Source: Octopus vulgaris (lineage: Eukaryota). Taken from it: DNA of 64,000 nt. The number at the start of each line of letters is the position of its first letter. The stretch's first letter is position 1. The notes under the pieces were generated by a model. It worked only from the letters and a program-made list of their open reading frames with translations. It did no database searches and was not told where the DNA came from. Positions 26,837 to 37,047 of the stretch are shown piece after piece. The DNA lies in the NCBI GenBank assembly GCA_951406725.2, contig OX597814.1:183582001-183646000 (forward strand). The letters are read 5' to 3'. The position numbers and the translations under genes are program-made.

Positions 26837-27132
26837 CGTCTGTCTTGATATTTAAACGTTTCGTTAGTGTTCTTTTATTAAGTTCAGATGCTACTAGCTA
26901 CTCACTATATCAGCTGAAACAATGAGCGACCCTGTAATTAATTATCTGACTAGATTACTAGAAAAGTAAGTTAAATTGCCTGCCTGCAAATCACACATCA
27001 CCAAAATGAATACAAAGGAATATATCAATCAATACAGTCCAATATATACCCAAAGACACTATAGTTCTCTCTGAGCGTATTAAATCATAGCTCTGCTCGA
27101 TCAAAGCTGACTATGGGATAAGTAACAACTTA

Positions 27133-27518
27133 TGGAAGCACTCCGTCGGTTACGACGACGAGGGTTCCGGTTGATCCGAATCAACGGAACAGCCTGCTCA
27201 TGAAATTAACGTGTAAGTGGCTGAGCACTCCACAGACACGTGAACCCTTAACGTAGTTCTCGGGGATATTCAGCGTGACACAGAGAGTGACAAGGCCGGC
27301 CCTTTGAAATACAGGTACAACAGAAACAGGAAGTAAGAGTGAGAGAAAGTTGTGGTGAAAGAGTACAGCAGGGATCACCACCATCCCCTGCCGGAGCCTC
27401 GTGGAGCTTTTAGGTGTTTTCGCTCAATAAACACTCAACAACGCCCGGTCTGGGAATCGAAACCGCGATCCTATGACCGCGAGTCTGCTGCTCTAACCAC
27501 TGGGCCATTGCGCCTCCG
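27133..27518 (-). mobile_element. SINE family D (family-C-like tRNA head and body, different 3' half)
   Basis: Head GGAGGCGCAATGGCCCAGTGGTTAG..GGTTTCGATTCCCAGACCGGG is shared with family C up to CAACTTTCTCTCACTCTT, then unrelated. Confidence 0.85.
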
Positions 27519-27890
27519 CCTATGTAACATCAACAAATAGACAAAAACCTGACATCAAAGCGGATTTTGTACGTTTATGGAAAATTTGGGCCGGTATACT
27601 GATTTAACATTCTGCACTACAGATATCAGAAATTAAATGAAGGGGCATAGTACGGATCATTTTGTCCTTTGCCTTCTGGTCTATCACCTTCACCGCATAC
27701 GCTCATACTTTGGTCAGTCGCTAGCCATATTTTCTGCTGTCAAAATCTTACATTAATTATTTCCGTCAATACTTCCATTTTTGAAAGGAAAATATTTTGA
27801 ACTTATACATTGAGAAACAAATCATCGAACGCAAGGCCCACCGACTTTTCTTCATTAGTTTAGGAAGTATGCAAAGAATATACACAGCGA

Positions 27891-28110
27891 ATGCTGCGGG
27901 TTGATGGAGGATGTGCAGTCTTGCACACGCTCAGATGCAGGGAGAGAGAGAATTCCACTTCATTGTCTCGCTTCCTCTGAAGGATCTGTGATCTCCTATG
28001 AAACGCCCAGGATCAAACGGACCATCCTCGACAGGGCGCCACTCGAGTCACCTGCAATTGCTAGCTCTGCCTCTGTGAAAGACTGCACATCCTCCGTCAA
28101 CCTGTAGTAT
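27891..28110 (+). other. Long imperfect inverted repeat / rod-like hairpin
   Basis: 32-nt arms 27891-27922 and 28079-28110 pair at 28 Watson-Crick and 4 G-U positions on the + strand; inner stems CACA/TGTG, CAGA/TCTG, TGCAGG/CCTGCA. Confidence 0.75.
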
Positions 28111-28653
28111 CTATCAGCAAGAAACAGGAACTATCCTGTTGCTGCCATCTGAGGTATTCCCTCCTAGTAAACGTCAATACAGTAGCTGTCGACAACCTAG
28201 ACATTCCGGTTTAACACCGGCTACTCCACAGCATAGGCTGCTCTACAACCAAGGACAGGGTTACCAACATCCAGACTGGCTGCGAAAGCCTTATGCATCC
28301 CCTACAAACTCACAACTTGGCCTCCATATTCCCGGCTTGCCGACATAAATGAAAACATAAATAGAGATACAAATATGTATATGCACACTCACACACAGAT
28401 ACTCCTACACATGCCAGCGCACGCATGCACACACGCACGCACCCTCACATACGCATTTGCATACGCGCACACACACACCTGCACTCACCCACAACCACAC
28501 ACGTACTCACACTCAGGTGCATAAATTGACGTAACTACAATAGCATATATGGAACCCGTATACATATATATATATACTAACCTGCTACAACAGCATACAT
28601 CTGTCACAACTCGCATACACAAATAACAGAAATATATATATACGCTCAAACCG

Positions 28654-28684
<31 letters not shown>

Positions 28685-29159
28685 AGGTACACGAAACATT
28701 ACTAGCATATATAACGTCCGCACTCATAAATATCAAATCTTGCGCACCGGTAAACATAAATAACAAGTATATACATACGCACACACACGCACCCATACGT
28801 CCTAAATATGTTTACGCATACACGCGTATGTAGCAGGCGTGAAGTCACGTGGCTTACTGGTTAGGACATTCGGCTCACGAAAATATCTCCTCAACAACAA
28901 CCCTACTACCACATCCTCACACTAAAACGTTAAAAAAATCATCAAGCTGCTTGACAACGCAGGCATCTATCAACAACCTATCATATTCAAAGACATTATA
29001 ATATTCTAATTCTAGCTGTGTGGTAACAAGCTTGTTTCCGACCCACATGGTCCCGGACTCTGTCTCACTACGTAGCACCTTGGGTAAGTGTTTTTACTAT
29101 AGCCTCGGTCCGACCGAAGCTTTGTGAAAGAATTTGATGACGGAAACCGAAAGACGCCC

Positions 29160-29229
<70 letters not shown>

Positions 29230-29286
29230 GTTGATTCGCTAGCCTCTGCACGCATTTTCTTTCTCTCCTTGTTTCTCTCCGTGTTT

Positions 29287-29324
29287 CTTTTCTATTGAAG
29301 AGCGTAGGCTCGAAACGTAAAAGA
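29287..29324 (+). ncRNA. Hammerhead-like motif with core CUAUUGA (G5 mutated)
   Basis: CTATTGA A GAGC GTAG GCTC GAAAC GTA aaaga. Confidence 0.45.
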
Positions 29325-29496
29325 CTTGTTTTATTTATATTCCTGAGCGCCATACTAATACAATTGTTTGTTTGTATTCCACCTGCCTTCGTCTTTTGTT
29401 TATTTTCATAAAGCTTCCCGTTATATATATATACGCCATGATAGATCGTTAGCTACTACACACATTTTTTTTCTCTCCTTGTTTTTTTTCTGTGTA

Positions 29497-29534
29497 TCTT
29501 TCTGTAGAAGAGCGTAGGCTCGAAACGTAAAAGA
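29497..29534 (+). ncRNA. Minimal hammerhead-like motif with core CUGUAGA
   Basis: tcttt CTGTAGA A GAGC GTAG GCTC GAAAC GTA aaaga: 5-bp helix I, 4-bp helix II, loop-less AC/GU helix III. Confidence 0.6.
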
Positions 29535-29630
29535 GTTTTTCTCTTCCTGAGCACTATACTAATACATCTGTTTGTTTGTACTCCACCTGCCTTAGTCTTT
29601 TGTTTATTTTCGTAAACTTCCCCTTATATA

Positions 29631-29679
<49 letters not shown>

Positions 29680-29684
<5 letters not shown>

Positions 29685-29930
29685 TTAGCTAAACTTAGAT
29701 ATGTTTCGACCAAAGATTGGTCCAGTCCATCTCTAACTTAATACCACCACCTGATAGGGTTATCTAAATCCTGTTTAAATCAAGTTTTGTTTATGTAGTG
29801 AGTTCTTGTTGAGTGAGTTGTATCCAGGTATGGGTGGCTTATCCGGTATTCCTTGGAGAAATCTGTCCAGACTCCGTTTAAAGGTGATGGGATCCTTTTC
29901 CTCTTTCATCTCTTTCTAGACAACGTTTAA
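29680..29930 (-). mobile_element. 3' end of a CR1/L2-like LINE
   Basis: Reverse complement reads KDPITFKRSLDRFLQGIPDKPPIPGYNSLNKNSL (FK..LD.FL..IPD.P C-terminal motif). Confidence 0.6.
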
Positions 29931-30518
29931 AACCGTTGTTTGTTCTTTTCCGTCTCCGTAAATAAGTGGTTCGGCATAAGCGTCCGATAGAATATGTATC
30001 GGGCTTAAAAAAACATAAGTACTGGGGTCAAGTCATTCAACTAAAGATTCTTCAAGGCGGTGAAGTAAAAGATAAAAGAATTAATACCTCTATTACAGCA
30101 GTCAACACGACATTTTCCAAGACAGTCCGATTACTAATTAATATAACTAAAAGATTATAAATACCTACTCTGTCTCAAAAATAGGAAAATTAAACTATGA
30201 ATTATTGGGAAATATCAATATTATTCGCTCTACAGAATCGAGTTCACTTTTACTCAACAATTTGCAGATCATGATTCCATTCGCAGTTTCTTTCATTGTA
30301 ACTAGGCATTCTGCCAAGTGTTAACGAAACGGTACGATTATTTCGTAAAAGTCAACTTTATCAAATATTCATTCTAAATACTTTGAGTACCGAAAAAACT
30401 TCCATTCGACAGCGGCTACATCTGTTCCTACAAACAGATTTTAATGATTATATATATATATGAATATACATGCATGCATACATGCATGCATACATGCATG
30501 CATACATACATACATACA

Positions 30519-30550
<32 letters not shown>

Positions 30551-31044
30551 CACATACATATGTGTTTGTATGTGTATGTGTGTGTATGTATACAGGAAGT
30601 CAGAACAAAAGCCCAAATAGGTTACATATATTTTATGATATACAAAGCTTTTCTTAAGCTATGCTTTCTATATTAAGTTGCAAATCTATTATATCCAAAA
30701 AGGTCATGTAAATATCTGCTATTGAAATATGTAGGCGTTGTATTTACACTAGCATCACGACTGCGCTGTTTTTCCATCTTATTAAGTCATTTAACCTCTT
30801 CAGGTGCTATCACTTGACTCCTAATTTGACCTTTCATACATAATCAGGAAATTTGTAGGATACAGCCCTACCCAATACTTATTGTGACTTGTCATTCTTT
30901 TTCTCCCACACAATTCAGAAATCCATATGTTATTTGTCTTCTTATAACTTGGATCTAAAATTTACAAAATCACATTAAAGCACACAGCACGCAACATTTT
31001 TTTTTTTTTTTTAGATGTTCTGTATGAGAATTCTGAGACCCCTT

Positions 31045-31378
31045 TCGGTCACGACTCAGACCATGGGATTGCACCTAGAAAGTTACCCCCCCCCCCCAGG
31101 CACAAGTCCTGGCAAGGTTGTTGATGGAAGACCCGCAGTCGCCCATGCATACCGGCCTCCCCTCTCCACGCCAACGATGTTATCCAAGAGAAAGGCAAAG
31201 GCCAATACAGCTTGGCACCTGTGACGTCACAACTCATTTCTACAGCTGAGTGAACTGGAGCAACGTGAAATAAAGTGTCTTGCTCAACAACACAACACGC
31301 AGCCCGGTCCGGGATTCGAGCTCACAACCTAACTATCGTAAGCTCGACGCTCTAACCACTGAGCCATGCGCCTTCACA
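31045..31378 (-). mobile_element. SINE family E (tRNA head)
   Basis: Reverse complement head TGAAGGCGCATGGCTCAGTGGTTAGAGCG...GAGCTCGAATCCCGGACCGGG; body TTGCTCCAGTTCACTCAGCTG. Confidence 0.8.
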
Positions 31379-31851
31379 TGAGACTATACATATGTATTAA
31401 TACATAGGACACGAAGGAAATTAAGATGTGGGCGACAGAATATGTTCTTATCGATACCTAATTTTCAACGGACTGCAACATTTTAAAATTCAATTGGGAT
31501 ACATTAACCATATGCAATATCTGGAAATAAAATGAATGTGAAGATTGGAATAGAAACCTGTCTATAACAATAGGTGGCTTTTTGAATAATAGAAACACGC
31601 GTAACCCAAATCTCGGGACATACCTATAGATACATACTCATACATGAAATAGTGCTACAATTCACTGCCGACATATTACTACGTATAACAGAGAGCAGAT
31701 TCAATAAAGCAAAGAGAAAATAACAAATAAATCTCAAAGACCGGAGAACTGTGCTTGATTATGCAGAAACGGTTCGCAATAAAACAACCGGAAATAATAA
31801 TAGCAGCAGTAATGGTAGTGGTGGTGGTGGTGGTATTATTATTATTATTAT

Positions 31852-32340
31852 GTAGTTTTATTTTTATTTTTATAGCGTGCTTTCACTTCACTACCGAGCG
31901 CAGCTCTGTGTGCCTTGGGTATGTGCTGTGATTTGTTGTGATGCTCTGATGGTTATTGTATGGAAAGTGTTCTGCGTAGGATGTGGGCAGTGCCTAGTAG
32001 TGCAATTTTCTGTATGTTATATGTGTTTGTAAGTCCTGGTGTTTTTGTTATGTATTTGTCTGAATATTTTTTTATCATGCCTAATGCACCTACTATGATA
32101 GGAATTGTTTCTGTTTTCAGATTCCACATTCTAGTTACCTCTATTTCCAGGTCTTTGTATTTTGAGAGTTTCTCCATTTCTTTTAGAGACACGTTGTCAT
32201 CTGCCGGTATTGATACATCAATTAAAAAGCATTTTTTTCTTCATGATCTCTGACAACTATATCTGGTCTGTTGGCCTTAATTTCTCTATCTGTGTGTATC
32301 GGCATATCCCAGAGTATGGTTGCTTTCTCGTTTTCTGTGA
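31852..32340 (-). mobile_element. Young 5'-truncated R4/Dong-like element (open RLE C-terminus and 3' UTR) in (TAA)n
   Basis: Open frame ILWDMPIHTDREIKANRPDIVVRDHEEKKCFLIDVSIPADDNVSLKEMEKLSKYKDLEIE...PIIVGALG...IQKIALLGTAHILRRTL*; (TAA)n on both sides. Confidence 0.85.
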
Positions 32341-32342
32341 CC

Positions 32343-32344
<2 letters not shown>

Positions 32345-32411
<67 letters not shown>

Positions 32412-32458
32412 CATCTTCTTCACGATGACATTCATTATCATCATCATCATCATCATCA

Positions 32459-32522
<64 letters not shown>
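32345..32522. repeat. (TTA)n/(TCA)n microsatellite
   Basis: Direct. Confidence 0.95.
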
Positions 32523-32555
32523 GTTTTTTTCCTTCTTTCTTCAAATTTTCTTCCG

Positions 32556-32900
32556 TTTCTGTGTACGACGTTCAACATTTTGATAGAAGATCCATTTTTC
32601 GTCACCAGTCACAAGTCTATCCAAAAAGGGTGAAATGAGTTCGCGAGAATGGAGAGAAGAGCAGATGTCAACTCGGGATTTGCGGTTGCTTTCGGATAAT
32701 TAATGAGGCACCCATTTTCCAAGTTTAGGAAACTTTCCATGTTGTTGAAGACGACGATGAACTGTTGTATGGTTTGAACTAAACTTTATTGCCAATTCTT
32801 CAACTGATAATGCTGGATTTTCTTCAAGTAATGCTTCAAGGAGCTTATCATCAAGCTCAACTGGACGTCCTGTTCGATCTTCATCTTCGAAGCTGAAATT
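32556..32900 (-). pseudogene. Mariner transposase internal fragment
   Basis: Reverse complement reads EDEDRTGRP...GKWVPH*LSE...FLDRLVTGDEKWIFYQN (WVPHEL and TGDEKW motifs). Confidence 0.85.
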
Positions 32901-32919
32901 GGCCTCAACACCTATGTGA

Positions 32920-33740
32920 AAAACTCTGATAATTGGATGTTAAAACATCATACTCAGTAACATTGCCCAGCTGATATTGAAAGGACGGGTGTCATTTTCC
33001 TTCAATTGCCAGACATGTTTTGCAAGACTTGTTGCTGTCCTATTCTTCGGGTATTGTGAGAATAACACCTAGTCTTGAATGAATTTTCCGAAGCCCCTGT
33101 ATATGTTTTATATTCTTGTGAACCATCTGTAGCTCTATAAGCTATTCCTTTTGCAAGACATTTTCCTTCTAGCGGACAGCAAGTCTGGTCTTTGAAATTG
33201 CAATTCTTCTGATTAAATTCGGCATTGTGGTTGCTTGTAATGATTTTTGTGTTATGCTGATTAATAAAAGAGGCGAAGATTTTTGCAACAAGAATAGCTA
33301 ACCTTCAGTGTTCTCTTATTAAAAATTCTATAGAACTTATGGCTAGTTTGAAAATGTTTAGAAATTAGTTTTAAGAATTCCTTACCTATATTTGTTTTTA
33401 CGGCAATATTAAACACCGGATTAAATCACAAAATTTTCCTTGTTCCAGCTCTATGTGGTCTATTATTGCTAGAACTAGTTTGACTATACTAGGTCTTCCT
33501 CGATAATCCACTGTTCCTTAATGCATTATTATAATACTACACAGCATTTTGAAACACTGTCTCGTCTGAAGATATGGATAATATGCGCCTTCATATATTA
33601 CTAACTAGGTTCTTAAGAATTACGGGTGGACGATTTGATTCTCTGTTAATATAAAATCACTTTTCATTAGGCTTACGGTAGGGTTTCTATTTATCTAATT
33701 GCAAATCTACCTTAATATCTAAAAAATCTACATAACAGCA
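32920..33740 (-). pseudogene. Penelope-like element (Naiad-type) fragment: RT C-terminus/thumb, linker and GIY-YIG endonuclease
   Basis: Reverse complement reads VDFLDI..KPYRKPN..YINRESNRPP; RKIL*FNPVFNIAVKTNIGKEFLKLISKHF..IFNKRTLKVSYSC; NCNFKDQTCCPLEGKCLAKGIAYRA..KTYTGASENSFKTR; TSLAKHVWQLKE. Confidence 0.85.
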
Positions 33741-34620
33741 GTGATGAGTACATACTATCGTATCACTGCTTATTGCCTCTATGAATATACGAATGGAGAC
33801 AGTTATAAAAATTTATATACATACATGCATACAAGCATACATACATACATACGTACGTACGTACGTACATACATACATACATACATACATACATACAATG
33901 CCCTATTGTTGATGTTGAAATTCCAATGAAGAAGCCTTGAATCTAGGTTAGAAACCGACTCTTTCTCTATTGGCAAGAAATCTTGGAATAAAACTGAATA
34001 AGGACATACATGCATAGCATTACTGGTGGAACACATCATTAAAAACATCAGTTCGTTGAGTGACTTTTCATTTGTACCTATCATATAAGTGCATTAAGTT
34101 ATGCACTAACAAATTTGATCAAAAATCTAGAAATACTATGATTTTCGAGGAAAGAGCAAAAGAAACTGATGCAGATTTCCGAATCCAATCTATTAATAGC
34201 ACAGTGAAAATTTGTAAAATATTCATAGATATTCCATCTGAGATTCTTATGTGTATAGATGCACACACTTGCGTGTATGCATCAACAGTTCAACCAACAC
34301 ATATACTGAGCCACATTTAAAAAAAAACACCGGAAATTCTCTGAACTCGAATAGTCTTGTCACTTTGTTAGCAGTCGGTTTGACCGCTCTCAAGAAAAGC
34401 TTGAATTAAACTCAAAGAAAAAGCATACTCACATACATACATACATACACACACATACATACATATTTACATACATACATACGTGCATGCATTCATACAA
34501 ATATGTTTGTATAAATCATTATAACCGTCTCCATTCATATATACACCGAGGTAGTTTTTGTCACTTGTGTACAATATCTTGTGGTTAACATTTAAGCTCT
34601 TTGACTTATTTAAGAAACAT

Positions 34621-35020
34621 AGGCGTAGGAGTGGCTGTGTGGTAAGTAGCTTGCTTACGAACACATGGTTACGGGTTCAGTCCCACTGCGTGGCACCTTG
34701 AGCAAGTGTTTTCTACTATAGCCTCAAGCCGACCAAAGCCTTGTGAGTGGATTTGGTAGACGGAAACTGAAAGAAGCCCGTCGTATAGAAGTATATATAT
34801 GTGTATGTGTGTGTGTGTTTGTGTGTCTGTGTTTGTCCCCCCCCCCAACATCACTTGACAACCGATGGCGGTGTGTTTACGTCGGCAAAAGAGACCGATA
34901 GACTAAGTACTTGGCTTACAAAGAATAAGTCCTGGGGTCGATTTGCTCGACCAAAGGCGGTGCTCCGGCATGGCCACAATCACATGACTGAAAGAAGTAA
35001 AAGTGTAAAAGAGTAAAGAG
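34621..35020 (+). mobile_element. SINE family A, full length with small internal deletion
   Basis: Complete head and tail. Confidence 0.92.
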
Positions 35021-36612
35021 TATATATAGATACACATGTAAGTATACTTGTTATACTGACACGTAGATGTACACTTGTTATTTGAAAACTATTTCTCACT
35101 GAAGTATTTAAATAATTCTACATTGTTTCACAAGTTCACTTCTGTTTCAAGAGCTCTTACTTTGTGGCTGTTGTTGATTCAAACTATATTGCCTTTACGT
35201 ACTATTTTTTGAACTCTCTTAATTCTATTTAGATAAAAGAAATTCATTGTTCGTACATAAAATGAAAATAGCGAACGTTCTCATTTTCTCACATTCACAA
35301 ATAAAACAAAAGTGTTTTACACATAAAATAAGATTAGAGTTGAATGATAAGTTGAATTAATTGATGAATAATTACATAGTATAATTATAGCGAACTAATG
35401 TTTCTTTGCATGTTAGGTAATGCGTAAACGAGACAACGTTAGCAATCGTGATTGTTATATTAAGGAAAATTTAATTAAACTCAATTTGCTTACTATTAAT
35501 TAATGTAAACATACTATATTCAGAATTAATGAAATGTAAAAAAATTTTCTTAAAATTCTAATAAATTTATAAATTTTATTTACTGGGGAAATATTTCACC
35601 TGGAAATCTATTCAGTGGATGATAATGTATTTGGTAGTGTAATGATAAAATATGCAATTATATTAGAATGTAAAATGTCTTCAAAGTGATCTGATTTGTC
35701 GCAACTACTATTTTGTAACTTTTCTGTTTCTTAAATAAGCCATGTAGCTTGACCGATTTAATTCGTTTAGGAAATATCTGTTAGAGATGTCGTTGTCAAT
35801 TATTTCACAGATAGAACATGTTAAAAGAAAAGAAGAAGGCGAGAAAGATATGAGACGATATAAAAGTGATATGAAATTTCTTTAAAAAAAAAAAAGGAGG
35901 AAGATTTTGCTGAATATCTTCAAGAAGTTTTCTACGAAAAACTAAAACAGAAAAGAAAAATTATGAAAATTAAGGAAGAATGATATGAATATTCATCCAG
36001 AAAAAGTAATATAATGTATCTTCATAAAAAGGAAAAAAATGACTGGAAGACATTTATTGGATATTACTTGAAAAGAAAACTTGATATCAACGTTATTCAA
36101 TGAATATCGCTAATGTGAAGACCACTTTTTATATGACACGATCTATCTTCAAGTAAAAATATTTCCGTTCATTTTTCAACATACAGATAGTAAATTAAAT
36201 GAAAATTTATAACTAATGCTGACTCTTTCGGTTTGTATGCTTCAGTAGTAAATTTTCATCAATGTGTTAATGTAATGATTTCGGTCTTGAAATCCACTCT
36301 TAAGGGGGTGGATAATATCTATTATTAACATTTCCAAACAGAAACTCAGGTTTGTGCGAGAAATTACTTGAGGTAAAAGGAGAAACATAGATAATATAGG
36401 CTAATTGTATACAAAATGCAGCTTTTTGTAATTTTTTGCTTTATTTGTATATTCATATTTATATTATATATGTTCATCATATCCCAAATCTTGTCATCTA
36501 AATTAAGCAAATTTGCCCTCCGAGTAAAATGACATCGTAATAGAGAGTTGCTGGCGAAATTACTCCCCCCCTCATCTTTGTTAACTGTTAGCTGTCTGCT
36601 AGCAACTTTTCT

Positions 36613-37047
36613 AGGCGCAGGAGTGGTTGTGACGTAAGTAGCTTGCTTACCAGCCACGTGGTTCTGGGTTCAGTCCGACTGCGTAGCAACTTGGGCAAGT
36701 GTCTTCTACTATAGCCTCGGGCCGACCAAAGCCTTGTGAGTGGATTTGGTAGACGGAAACGGAAAGAAGCCCGTCGTATATATGTATATATATATATATA
36801 TATATATACATATGTATGTATATGTGTGTGTATATGTTTGTGTGTCTGTGTTTGTCCCCCCAGCATTGCTTGACAACCGATGCTGGTGTGTTTACGTCCC
36901 TGTAATTTAGCGGTTCGGCAAAAGAGACTGATAAAATAAGTACTAGGCTTACAAAGAATAATTCCTGGGATCGAATTCCTTGATTAAAGGCGATGCTCCA
37001 GCATGGCCGCTGTCAAATAACTGAAACGCGTAAAAGAGTAAAAGAGT
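36613..37047 (+). mobile_element. SINE family A, full length
   Basis: Complete head and tail. Confidence 0.92.

Larger units (their letters stand above)
29226..29625 (+). mobile_element. Tandem dimer of hammerhead-bearing family H element (period 210 bp)
   Basis: Two colinear units separated by short (TA)n, each with GAAGAGCGTAGGCTCGAAACGTAAAAGA. Confidence 0.8.
29012..30080 (+). mobile_element. Old SINE A split into 5' half (29012-29162) and 3' half (29931-30080) by nested inserts
   Basis: Halves are colinear with the consensus on either side of the internal microsatellite. Confidence 0.65.

Noticed and set aside
20500-27130. Possible ancient repeat shared by 20500-20700, 26940-27130 and 58680-58870 (minus)
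   Set aside because: Similarity by eye is too weak to support without a profile search
33551-33575. GAAAC..GTC..CTGAAGA type-II hammerhead candidate
   Set aside because: No helix I or II can form; it lies within PLE coding sequence on the other strand
33150-33660. In-frame TGA codons in the Naiad-like ORF as selenocysteine
   Set aside because: The TGAs fall at a position where Trp is expected (KIL*FNP) or at non-Cys positions, alongside TAG stops and frameshifts; ordinary decay
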